A stretch of 64,000 nucleotides of DNA, taken from positions 32,001 to 96,000 of the IMG/VR virus record IMGVR_UViG_3300025117_000038; one strand, written 5' to 3'. The DNA is from a virus. A program made the translations under genes and the position numbers. The notes beneath the pieces were generated by a model. The model was given only the letters and a program-made list of their open reading frames with translations. It made no database searches and had not been told where the DNA came from. Positions 48,240 to 58,567 of the stretch are shown here, piece after piece (the stretch's first letter is position 1; the number at the start of each line of letters is the position of its first letter).

Positions 48240-51200
48240 TGAATATGGCAGATTTGACACAAATGATTCGATTTATTTTTCAGGCTGAAAACTCCGAGGC
48301 TGTTATCTTAAAGTTACAACAAATAGAGGGAGCTGTCGGTAGTTTTGCCGGAATTGTCGGGGCAGACTTAAATAATGCTATTGATAGAGTTATTATAGGT
48401 GCGAAAAAACTTGCACATGGGCTTGGTAAGGGAGAGGGTATATCAGAAGCTGCCCAAAAAATAAAAGAATTAAAAATTCAATATATGGAACTCATTGCCG
48501 TATTTAATAAAAATAAAGGCAACGCCGCTTTCCCCAAAGAACAGATGATTGATAAAATATATCAATTATCATCAGCTATCAATAAAGCAGAATCAAATTT
48601 TGTAAAAATATCAAAATCAATGATTTCAGCAAGAACTGACGCCGAAAAAATAGGTACATCGTTTGCCACAGCCGGGACAAAAGTAAGTGGATTTAGGGGT
48701 ATGGTTAATGAGGCAAGGGCTTCATTGGAAAAAATGGGTGGTGCTCAAACTAATCTAAATACAAGTCTTGATAATGCTATTGGAAAATTAATTAAATATC
48801 GTCTTACTTATTTAATTTTCAGAAAAGCCGTCGACGCTGCCAAAGAATCATTAGAAACATTTGCTACTGTTAATACTCAATTAGCTCAATTAGAAAAAGT
48901 ATTAGACCCTGCCACGAGTAATATCGAAGAATTAAGAGATGCTTCATTTGCTCTTGGAGAAGAATTTTCTGTTTCCGCAGAAAAGGTTTTAAAGGCTTTT
49001 GTTATATGGGCGCAGGTAGGTCTTTCTCAACAAGAGGTACTGGAAGCAACAAGAACTACTCTTGTTGGTGTTAATGCAATAGGTTTCGATACCGTTGAAA
49101 TGACCGAAGCATTAACCTCTGTTATGTTTACATATGGTATAGAAGTCCAAAATACTATGCAATATGTAAATGAATGGATGAGAGTTCAAGCCAAATTCCC
49201 AACTTCTGCACAGGATTTAGCAGGAGCATTAAAGGCTGTTGGTTCGGCTGCAAAAGAAGTCGGCGTAGATTTAACTGAATTAAGTGGATATGTTGTAGCC
49301 ATAAATGCCATTACAAGAAAATCAGGTACTGCTATCGGTCAATCACTAAAAACAATGTTTGCTCGTATGGTTAAACCTGAATACATAGCATTATTACAAG
49401 ACGTTGGTATCGCGGTCAAGGCTAATGCAGATGAATTTAGGGATATTGATGACGTTTTAGATGAACTTTCTGAAAAGTGGAGCACTCTTACTGGTGTCCA
49501 AAAAACAAATATAGCTCAACAGGCTGGTGGAATAAGAAGATATGTAGATTTCTTGGCTTTGATGGATGCCTATGCATTAAAACAACAAGCTATCGTAGAG
49601 GCTCATCTTACTACTGATGAAGCTTTTAAGGCTTCAGATATAGAAGTTGCCACTTATACCAAACAGATGGAAGCACTAAAAGTCACTATGTCTGATTTCG
49701 GAGAAGTGTTTGGTAAAGAATTGGCTGTAGGGATTATTGATGTTATTCAATCTTTAGCGGCAATATTAAAAATCCTTAAACCACTGGCTCCTTTGTTTGG
49801 TGCTATTATTAGGGTTGGTGGTTCAATGGCATTGATTTTTGGTACAATAAAAATAGCTGCTGCTGCATGGGGATTGATTCAAAGGCAGGTTACTATAGCA
49901 TTAGCACAATCAACTGTTGCGGTATCAAGTCATAGTGCTGCCGTGTTGGGATTAGCAGGAGTCACTACTACTGCTACTGGTGCAAATATCGGATTTGCTG
50001 CATCAATTAGGGCAGTTATGGGAGCACTTGGTCCTATAGCACTTGCTCTATCTTTAGTAGGTGGAGCTATTGCTACATATTACTCATTAGCAAGAGACTC
50101 TAATGAAACATTTAGAGCCCATGCTAAATACACCCAGATAGATATAGAAGCTTTAACAAAAAATATAAAAGCAAGAAGAGCTCAGAACGATATTATTGAC
50201 GAATCTGTTTCTCAATTTGAAATTCTTGCAAAAAAATATCAAACTTTAAAATCATTAGGTAAAGACATCACAGAAACAGAAAAACAAATGAGTGTACAGG
50301 GAGATTTACTAAGTAGTATTAATACCGATTTGGCTATATCGGTTGACAGAATTATACGTTCTTTGGATGTAGGAAAAATAGCATTTGACGCATTATACGA
50401 AGCAGCAACAAGAACGAAGGGAATAAATCAATCTTTAGCCAATGAAAATGAAAAAATATTAGCATCTAATAAAAAAGTTTTCGAACTAACTTATGATACT
50501 AAAAAAGCTTCACTAGAAGCATCTATAAACGGTTTACAAAAAGCAGAAGAAGATATCATCAAAGCTATTGAATCTCCTGATATTTCTATATTAAAAGACA
50601 GACCCGTTGCATTAAATATAGACGATATGAATGATGCCGCAAAGGAACTATTAACTTTTAAATTAAAGTTCCTAAAGGAATTTTCTCCCTTTTTGTCAAA
50701 AGCAGAAGTAGACGAAATTAACGGAAGATTTGATGAAGTCGGAAAGGGAATAGAAACATTTGCATCTGATATAAGCTATGTATATAAAACACTTAATCTC
50801 CAAGATTATGAAAATTTACCATTAGAGGAATTATTTAAGGTTGACCCAAATACAGCAATAAAAGCAGAGGAAACAATTAAAAAATTTAAATCAGATGCAA
50901 TAATTATGTTCGGTGATTTATATACGGGTGTTTCAGATAAATATAAAGAAGATTCAGAGGCTTTGGATAAATTAATAAAACAAAAGAATATTTTCGCTTC
51001 TTTGGAGGCTATAGAAGCTCCAACAGCTATCCCAACAAAATTTTATGAGATACCATTAAGTGGATTAGATGAATTAAAAACAAAATTGCAACAAACTGTC
51101 GGTGATGTTCAATTGATGGGAGATTCTGTTGGTAGATTAATCAAATATAATGAACAAATGGGGAGTTCAGCCAAAGAAACCGCCTCATCTATTGCCTCTT

Positions 51201-52858
51201 ATTATAAAGCAGCTTTAAAGACATTCACAAATGTGGTTGACGATATAAATACCAAAAAAATAGAAATTGGATTTATTGCCGAAGAGTTTGAAAATAAATT
51301 TATATCAGATTATATGGCATCTAATAGAGTTCTTGATTTCGAAAAATTAAAAGGATTATTTAAAGACCTTGACGGTGTTGTCGCTGGTGCTAATGTAAGA
51401 TTGAATGTTCTTAATGAAATGGCCGCAATGTTTTTTCCTATCATTTTTAATGGGATTAACATGGCACTTGTGGGATTTAAAAAATGGAATGATATGGCAG
51501 AGTCTGGCGTCAAAGGTATGCAGATTTCCAATTTATATAATAAGTTAACGGAATCTACTACACAAAAAATGGTAGAGTTATATAAACTTCTTGGGAAGAG
51601 TCAAAAAGATATAGTCAGATATCAAATTGATGCATTAAAAATATCTCATGAAGAAAGACGACAAGCCATTCTATTACTTGAAGCCGAAGACCAAGAAAAA
51701 GCATTGAATGCAGAGTCCGTAGACTATGCCCAAAAAAGATTAGAGCTAGAACAACAATTAGCAGCGATTGATTATACTGAAAATATAAAGAAAGCTGTCG
51801 ATGCTCAAAAAGAATTGCAAAATACTTTATCAAAAGCACTTTCCAATGTTCCCAAAGATATGTCTACTGGATTCGAAAAGAGAAGAGATATTTCTCAGGA
51901 AATAAAAGACATCGAAAAAGAAATCAATGCTGCCAGAGCCGATGGAGATAGACAAGAAGTCCAATCTTTAGAGAACAAGAAAAAGGAACTTCAACAGCAA
52001 TTAGATTCTTATCGAGCTGGATTATATGAATTAGCTCAATTCGCCAAGAACATTACAGAAGGTTTATCAACTGCCAGAATCCAAGCCCTTTCCGACAACA
52101 TTGCCGACGCTCTGTCGGATATAGACGTTGGAGGGGTTTCCATAGGAGCCAGAATCGGAGCTGCTATTGCTAATGTTGAAACAAAATATCTTACTCAACT
52201 TGATATATTAAATGTAACCATGCTCAATAGACAACAATCTATTTTTGACGAATTTATATGGGAGCTTGGAGCTATTTTAAATGAACCAATAACAAAAGTA
52301 GAAAGAACTCCTTTTGGAACATCGGAAATTAGTCTTACAGAGGAATCAGATAAACTAAAAATAGGGTTCAAAGCATTGAAGGATTATATAGAAACAATTG
52401 CTGGAACAATGGCAGGAACGGCCCTTGGGGGTGGTGGCACTGGAGCCAGTACAGGAGCATCTCTGGGGTCTACTATAGGTGGATTAATTTCTGGATTAGG
52501 TATTTTTGGTGGTCCTCTTGGTGGTATTGTGGGAGGACTATTCGGTGGATTACTTGACAGTGAAAAAGATTTAGATAAAGATATTGTTGATTTGGGTAGT
52601 GTTGTTATCGAGAATACTCATTCAATAGATGCTAATACTGATGCTCTAAAACAGCTTGATAGTGTCCTTTTTAATGCTCCCTCTACGTTTGTTTTACCAA
52701 CATTTTCAACTCAAGGGGCTCCTTCTAGAGAGGCCACAAGGATAGTTATATATGCTAATGACGCTGGTGATGTAGCTAAAAAAGTTGGCGATTTATTAAA
52801 TAAACAATATTCGGTTGATGTTAGAACTTCAAGAACCAATAAAAGATATGATATATAG
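48239..52858 (+). CDS. tape measure protein (TP901-like core)
   Basis: 1539 aa helical; SGTAIGQSLKTMFARM, FRDIDDVLDELSEKW, Gly-rich C-terminus. Confidence 0.92.
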   Translation: MNMADLTQMIRFIFQAENSEAVILKLQQIEGAVGSFAGIVGADLNNAIDRVIIGAKKLAHGLGKGEGISEAAQKIKELKIQYMELIAVFNKNKGNAAFPKEQMIDKIYQLSSAINKAESNFVKISKSMISARTDAEKIGTSFATAGTKVSGFRGMVNEARASLEKMGGAQTNLNTSLDNAIGKLIKYRLTYLIFRKAVDAAKESLETFATVNTQLAQLEKVLDPATSNIEELRDASFALGEEFSVSAEKVLKAFVIWAQVGLSQQEVLEATRTTLVGVNAIGFDTVEMTEALTSVMFTYGIEVQNTMQYVNEWMRVQAKFPTSAQDLAGALKAVGSAAKEVGVDLTELSGYVVAINAITRKSGTAIGQSLKTMFARMVKPEYIALLQDVGIAVKANADEFRDIDDVLDELSEKWSTLTGVQKTNIAQQAGGIRRYVDFLALMDAYALKQQAIVEAHLTTDEAFKASDIEVATYTKQMEALKVTMSDFGEVFGKELAVGIIDVIQSLAAILKILKPLAPLFGAIIRVGGSMALIFGTIKIAAAAWGLIQRQVTIALAQSTVAVSSHSAAVLGLAGVTTTATGANIGFAASIRAVMGALGPIALALSLVGGAIATYYSLARDSNETFRAHAKYTQIDIEALTKNIKARRAQNDIIDESVSQFEILAKKYQTLKSLGKDITETEKQMSVQGDLLSSINTDLAISVDRIIRSLDVGKIAFDALYEAATRTKGINQSLANENEKILASNKKVFELTYDTKKASLEASINGLQKAEEDIIKAIESPDISILKDRPVALNIDDMNDAAKELLTFKLKFLKEFSPFLSKAEVDEINGRFDEVGKGIETFASDISYVYKTLNLQDYENLPLEELFKVDPNTAIKAEETIKKFKSDAIIMFGDLYTGVSDKYKEDSEALDKLIKQKNIFASLEAIEAPTAIPTKFYEIPLSGLDELKTKLQQTVGDVQLMGDSVGRLIKYNEQMGSSAKETASSIASYYKAALKTFTNVVDDINTKKIEIGFIAEEFENKFISDYMASNRVLDFEKLKGLFKDLDGVVAGANVRLNVLNEMAAMFFPIIFNGINMALVGFKKWNDMAESGVKGMQISNLYNKLTESTTQKMVELYKLLGKSQKDIVRYQIDALKISHEERRQAILLLEAEDQEKALNAESVDYAQKRLELEQQLAAIDYTENIKKAVDAQKELQNTLSKALSNVPKDMSTGFEKRRDISQEIKDIEKEINAARADGDRQEVQSLENKKKELQQQLDSYRAGLYELAQFAKNITEGLSTARIQALSDNIADALSDIDVGGVSIGARIGAAIANVETKYLTQLDILNVTMLNRQQSIFDEFIWELGAILNEPITKVERTPFGTSEISLTEESDKLKIGFKALKDYIETIAGTMAGTALGGGGTGASTGASLGSTIGGLISGLGIFGGPLGGIVGGLFGGLLDSEKDLDKDIVDLGSVVIENTHSIDANTDALKQLDSVLFNAPSTFVLPTFSTQGAPSREATRIVIYANDAGDVAKKVGDLLNKQYSVDVRTSRTNKRYDI

Positions 52859-52866
52859 GGGGGGGA

Positions 52867-53271
52867 ATGGCTAATTGTATATTAACTTCAGCAACTCCAA
52901 CTGCTGAATACACACTACCGTATAATCCATCGTTTTATACAACAGATGAAGATGAAACAATTTTATCAAAAAAAATTCTACACGGTGCTCCAGTTTGGCA
53001 TGAAGTTAAATTCGATAACAGAATAAGAGCCTTATCTTGGAGTGGTTACGAAGCATCTAATTCTGATATTCAGGGAATTGTTACATTTTTTAAAAATAAA
53101 AAGGGTATGACTTATTATATAAATTTTCAGGATATGGATACAATGAATTTATTGTGGCCCACAAACGACACATGGAAAAAAATAAGAATAGTAAATATAA
53201 CATCGTCATTCAGGAAAGGTGGCACTATAGTTTATGATAACATTTCATTAACTATCCAGCCAGAGGAATAA
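52867..53271 (+). CDS. distal tail protein (Dit-like)
   Basis: 134 aa after the tape measure; LPYNPS, RALSW. Confidence 0.55.
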   Translation: MANCILTSATPTAEYTLPYNPSFYTTDEDETILSKKILHGAPVWHEVKFDNRIRALSWSGYEASNSDIQGIVTFFKNKKGMTYYINFQDMDTMNLLWPTNDTWKKIRIVNITSSFRKGGTIVYDNISLTIQPEE

Positions 53272-53272
53272 A

Positions 53273-56200
53273 ATGATAGAAAGAATTGATATTCCAGATA
53301 AAAATAGTTTCGAAAATGATTTAGATGGTGTTCAACCGTATTATAGTAAAAGAGCCATCCCTATTTCATTAATTAAATACACTAATACCGTAAGAACGGT
53401 TAAGAACGATGGCATTACCATGGATTGTTATCGGTCTACTTCTAATGCTATCAATATGATTAATACATCGTTTAGTGGCGTTACCCCAATTGTTAAATTT
53501 TATTATTCGAATGGTTTACCACCATTCTTTACAGCCAATGATTCCGGGATAAACTGGGCCACTAAATATAGAATGAAGTTTTTTGCTCCATATACTGGAA
53601 ATTACACTTTGGCTTTTGGCGGTTCTGGTGAAATTTCCAATGTTTATATTGATAATTCAAAAAAACAAATTCAAAGGGGTAATGAAAATGGCGATAGTAT
53701 TATTTTACATTATAACGATACCAGTTATGGCATAGCTACATCGTCATTCTCGTCAGAAACATGGCATAGTATTTCTTTTTTATATAATGCATACAAACAA
53801 ACCAATAATTCGTATGGATTAATAGCCATGTGGAAATCGGACAATAGTGAAACTCCAAATTACATTCCATTATCAGCAGGGGTTTGTGCTCCAATAAACC
53901 AAGATACATCTGACGCTGATGATGGTGAAACCATAAAATCCCATACGGCTTATTACTATTCTAATATAAATTACTCTGTCAAAAAAGAACAAATAGCTAC
54001 ACTAACATTTGACATCCCATTAATGGCATCGACAACAGTTTACGCTGGAGGATACAAACACACTTCTAATGGATTTATAGATACCGTTCATAATATTACA
54101 TTACAACAAGACCGAATGGTGGAATATTATGAGGGGTATAGAATATATCATAATGATAATTTTGCGATAGACGCCAGTGCTTGTAGTTATATAGAGGTCC
54201 CATACCATCAATCTCTTGCTTGTACGGCAGGTGGAATTACTCTTGAGTCCTGGGTAAAAGTAAGCCCAGGTTGCAATGGTGGATATGTTATTACCAAGCC
54301 ATACCAAAATGCGGATGGTGCGGCGGCAGAATATGCCATGTATATAAGCAATACTGGTGGTATTACCTTTAATATGTATGGGGAGGGGTATACCTATGAT
54401 ACTGATATTAGGGATAATTTGTGGCATCACATTGTTCTTAGTGCTAATGGCTCTATCTGGAACTGGTACATCGATGGAAGCTCGGCGAAATCACAAACAA
54501 CGACGAAAGTACCGGGAAATGTAAATAGCAAAAACATAAGATTTGGGGCCAATATTCTTGGAACTAATCATCTTGAATCTGTTATAGATGAAATAAAAAT
54601 ATTCGGGAGAGGACTTTCATCGGCAGAAGCCAAATATCACTATAATAATGGAAATGGCAGAAGAAATGTTTATTCCACCGAACAACTAAGGGGTTATTGG
54701 AGATTTTCCGAGGGAAGTGGAACAGTTGTTAATGACTCCTATAACACAAATCATGGAAGTATTTCTGGAATAACGTCATCAACGTGGATTACTGGCAAAA
54801 TATCTGAAAGAGATGAATATGTTAAAAAATTTACTGGTCATATAAAAGATTTCAAAACTAATTATAAAACCGATGAAATAGATTCGATTCAAGTATATTG
54901 CGAAGATTTTACTTCATTTATGAAAGAGTCTTTTAATGTTTACTCTCCTAGCTATATGGATTATATCCAAGTTGGATATACCACTAAAAGAGGGGAATTG
55001 CCCAATAAATCTGTTGAGGGGATAGGTAAACCAAAAACATTCGATGGATGGGAATTATATAAAGTCATGCATGTTCTTATGACAGAATCGTTTATCGACC
55101 CGTATTTATTTTATAAACATAAAATACATACAGACAACTATGGATGCTCCATAAATGGTAATTTCAAAATAAGATGGACTAACTCCACTTCCAATATTTT
55201 AAAAATGGATACAAGAGAATATTATGGGAACCCAAATGTAATTAGTGGTGATGGGAATGTGCCTGATGATGCATATATAAATACGGCTGGATTTGGAGAA
55301 TATTACTATGATATTGCAATGAATTTATTATCTCCATTCTATATAGATTTTTATTTTGACAGATATGGGCATCCATTTATGTTCCCATATAATACTCCAA
55401 CATCGATAACTCATATATCGTCATTCGATGGGGTTAACAGTTTTTCTAGTACTGAATCGATAAAGTATTTATTTGGAGAGTACTACCACACCACTGCCAC
55501 TGTTACTTCCTCGGCTGATTTTACTGGGAAAAGAATTGATGTAGTTTGTGGGGTTTCTCCAAATAGTGGAGTGATTTCCCCAGAGTCTGATGAATATAGC
55601 CTAAAAATAACTATAAAAAATAACGGGAATACCATAAGTACACAATATTTAAACTTATATTATGCAACTACATGGGGATATAATAATGGAATTGCTCCTA
55701 CGCTTGGATATAATCCATCGGTTTTTAAATTAACGAATTTAATGGCTTACGATACCTATAGAATAATTTTTGAAACAAATCCCGATGGAACTTCATATGA
55801 TATCGCTCTTAATGGTATTATGACTTATGATGAAAACTATGAAACAGGAAATGTTGTTATAGAAACCGATGATTCAAATAGTCGTGGCGGTATTACAAAT
55901 CTATCAATTGAAGACTCTGTTAAAGATACCCGCAATGAGGTTTATGTTTACGGTGCATTAAGAGGGGTTGTTTATACAAAAGACACCGATGGGAATAGAA
56001 GCGACGTTAATCCCAATAACCCTATTTATAATTATTATTATTCGATTTCAAGAGATATAAATTCTATTTATACATCAACCGCTTTTAATTATAGAGGTAG
56101 GCCGATAAGGATTTTAATTCAAGACCCAAAAATAAGTAACAACACTCAAGCTGATATGGTTAGTTATAATATTCTTCAAACCTATAGACAAAAACATTTA

Positions 56201-58567
56201 AAACCATCTATCGGTATTATCCCCAATCCTCTTATAGATATCTTAGATTGTGTTAATATTGTTGATAATTACAAAAACTATATAAATGAAAGTAATAATG
56301 TATGGATAGATGGAATTACAACTAAAATGAATAATTCTAATAACAGCATTGATTATACAATGGATGTTGATTTTACAGAAATTAAACCACCCACTGGATA
56401 TTTTTATCAGCCCGATATTCCAAGTAGCGTAATTAATGGACAATACATAAAAAATATAAATATAGAAAATAGTGGATGTCTATTCAGATTAGATGCAAGT
56501 GATGAAGATTTTGGTAGTTATTCCTATGTAAATTATCTTAAAATAGATACATCAATGTATACACATAAAACTGGTGTGGTTCAATATAATGTATTAGAAA
56601 AAATTCCATCAACAGGATATTTGAGAATTAATAATGAAATTGTTTTGTATGAACATACTTCACCAACCTCTAAATATATATGGTTACTAAAAAGAGGGCT
56701 ACAAGGAACTCATACGCTCCCATATGGCAAATTCAATGCTTATGGAGTTTCACATATAGAAGAGCTAAGAAAAGGATATACAGTATCTATGGCGTATGAC
56801 CCATACATGAGTGAAACAATAGGAGTATTGCCAACTGTTAATTTTGATTGTATGAAAAATGGGAAAATACAGATAAAAGTATGGGGACGTGGTGTTGCTG
56901 AAGATTATCATGTTGCAACTCTTACTGGTATAGATGATGATGAAAATTATCCATATTCTGGATATCAAAAAATAAAATGGGGGAACCATAGTTTTGTTTG
57001 GCAAGCAATAGACCAGTTTGGGATATACAATCAATTATTATCAAAAGGTGAAGTAAGAAGTGGTGGTTTTTATGTTTGTGAACATCCTAGTTTATATAAA
57101 CAGTATACGCCAGGTGTTGTTGATAAAATGTGGAATGGTATAATTGACGATGATAAAATTGTTAATAATGGTAAACTTTCTCCATATGGGGAATTTTATG
57201 TAACAATTGATTTTGAATCAGACGACGGAGAACAATACCATTATACCGGGGCAACTGCTGGTGGATTTAATGATAGTGATAGACATATTTATACTAGAAG
57301 GGGGCCTGTCGGGATATCATTCTTGAAACTACATACTTCTGGTATATATGGCTACATAGACCAAGCTGCCACATCTTTTTCTGGTGTTGCTACCACAAAC
57401 TTTACTGGAGAGTTTATAGCAGATAATGCTCCGTATAGGGTATATCGATGTGGTGTTGATTATCCAACAGAAAGTGTTTATTTTCAACCAAAAAATAATT
57501 ATTTGGTTGAAACATACATTAAAAACACGTCAAACAATGGAGATGGGGTAAGGTTGACTCTATATGATGCTTCATTTGATTTATCTTCATCTAATACATA
57601 TCCATATTTGAGCAATTATTTATATACACAATATGATAAATATGCACAGAGAGAATACAAAATAGAAATTAAGTGCCATATTGTAACAGTTTCAATTAAT
57701 ACATTGTATGATGGAGGGCCACATGAAGCGTTGGTTGTTCCAAGAATAAATGAAAAGGTTAAAACAATAATAAAAGATGACAATTTTAGGACATATTTTA
57801 ACGGGGGCAATGGAATAACATTAAAATTCAACCCAAAGGGCGCAGTTGATGATGATAATAATTTTATCACATATTTACCACCTGAATTATTAGACCAATG
57901 GAAAATATGGATGGACAAGGGAATATATAGAGTTAATTCTCTTGTAAATAATTATTTAATATTTGATGGTACTATTTACGACAGGTCAGGTCGTCTTGTT
58001 CATAATAGATGTGAAAATGGCGGTGGTATGTTTGAACATATAGGTAAAAATGTAGGTATACCTCCATATGAATTAAGAAGACTTATGTTTTTGGCAGACG
58101 GTAAATGGCACAGATGGCAAAAAAGTGATTCTGATTTTATATCTTTATTTGGTAGGAATGTCAATATTAAAGATGGTGATATATATATAGACGATAAATT
58201 AATTCCATCACCACCATACGATAATTCAATATCTATTGAGGATAATTTATTGATGGAAAAATATTTCTATATTTCGCATTATGACCCGTATAATTTAGAC
58301 CATGAATATACAAGAGCGTGGGTATTGTGGAGAGATGAAAACTTTATAAATAACAGGGAAAAAATAATTAGTTATGTTTATAGAGTATACGGATGGGATT
58401 TTTATTATTTGGCATTAAACGAATCATATAATCAACTTTTGGCTAATTCCCCAGAATGGTTATGGTATGGTCAAGCATTCAAATCTAAATACAAACCAGG
58501 TTCATTTCCATTTACAGTTTTCAAATTTTCTCACGATGATATTAATAGATATCTTGGGAGGGTGTAA
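53273..58567 (+). CDS. tail tip / hub protein with PA14-like and LamG domains
   Basis: FFAPYTGNYTL..WHSI..AMWKS (PA14); ITLESWVK..WHHIV..IDEIKIF (LamG); KFTGHI, FYFDRYG, RNEVYVYG hub motifs. Confidence 0.75.
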   Translation: MIERIDIPDKNSFENDLDGVQPYYSKRAIPISLIKYTNTVRTVKNDGITMDCYRSTSNAINMINTSFSGVTPIVKFYYSNGLPPFFTANDSGINWATKYRMKFFAPYTGNYTLAFGGSGEISNVYIDNSKKQIQRGNENGDSIILHYNDTSYGIATSSFSSETWHSISFLYNAYKQTNNSYGLIAMWKSDNSETPNYIPLSAGVCAPINQDTSDADDGETIKSHTAYYYSNINYSVKKEQIATLTFDIPLMASTTVYAGGYKHTSNGFIDTVHNITLQQDRMVEYYEGYRIYHNDNFAIDASACSYIEVPYHQSLACTAGGITLESWVKVSPGCNGGYVITKPYQNADGAAAEYAMYISNTGGITFNMYGEGYTYDTDIRDNLWHHIVLSANGSIWNWYIDGSSAKSQTTTKVPGNVNSKNIRFGANILGTNHLESVIDEIKIFGRGLSSAEAKYHYNNGNGRRNVYSTEQLRGYWRFSEGSGTVVNDSYNTNHGSISGITSSTWITGKISERDEYVKKFTGHIKDFKTNYKTDEIDSIQVYCEDFTSFMKESFNVYSPSYMDYIQVGYTTKRGELPNKSVEGIGKPKTFDGWELYKVMHVLMTESFIDPYLFYKHKIHTDNYGCSINGNFKIRWTNSTSNILKMDTREYYGNPNVISGDGNVPDDAYINTAGFGEYYYDIAMNLLSPFYIDFYFDRYGHPFMFPYNTPTSITHISSFDGVNSFSSTESIKYLFGEYYHTTATVTSSADFTGKRIDVVCGVSPNSGVISPESDEYSLKITIKNNGNTISTQYLNLYYATTWGYNNGIAPTLGYNPSVFKLTNLMAYDTYRIIFETNPDGTSYDIALNGIMTYDENYETGNVVIETDDSNSRGGITNLSIEDSVKDTRNEVYVYGALRGVVYTKDTDGNRSDVNPNNPIYNYYYSISRDINSIYTSTAFNYRGRPIRILIQDPKISNNTQADMVSYNILQTYRQKHLKPSIGIIPNPLIDILDCVNIVDNYKNYINESNNVWIDGITTKMNNSNNSIDYTMDVDFTEIKPPTGYFYQPDIPSSVINGQYIKNINIENSGCLFRLDASDEDFGSYSYVNYLKIDTSMYTHKTGVVQYNVLEKIPSTGYLRINNEIVLYEHTSPTSKYIWLLKRGLQGTHTLPYGKFNAYGVSHIEELRKGYTVSMAYDPYMSETIGVLPTVNFDCMKNGKIQIKVWGRGVAEDYHVATLTGIDDDENYPYSGYQKIKWGNHSFVWQAIDQFGIYNQLLSKGEVRSGGFYVCEHPSLYKQYTPGVVDKMWNGIIDDDKIVNNGKLSPYGEFYVTIDFESDDGEQYHYTGATAGGFNDSDRHIYTRRGPVGISFLKLHTSGIYGYIDQAATSFSGVATTNFTGEFIADNAPYRVYRCGVDYPTESVYFQPKNNYLVETYIKNTSNNGDGVRLTLYDASFDLSSSNTYPYLSNYLYTQYDKYAQREYKIEIKCHIVTVSINTLYDGGPHEALVVPRINEKVKTIIKDDNFRTYFNGGNGITLKFNPKGAVDDDNNFITYLPPELLDQWKIWMDKGIYRVNSLVNNYLIFDGTIYDRSGRLVHNRCENGGGMFEHIGKNVGIPPYELRRLMFLADGKWHRWQKSDSDFISLFGRNVNIKDGDIYIDDKLIPSPPYDNSISIEDNLLMEKYFYISHYDPYNLDHEYTRAWVLWRDENFINNREKIISYVYRVYGWDFYYLALNESYNQLLANSPEWLWYGQAFKSKYKPGSFPFTVFKFSHDDINRYLGRV

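Noticed and set aside
43239-58567. Contractile (myovirus) tail
   Set aside because: No sheath or baseplate wedge genes recognised; gene order is siphovirus-like
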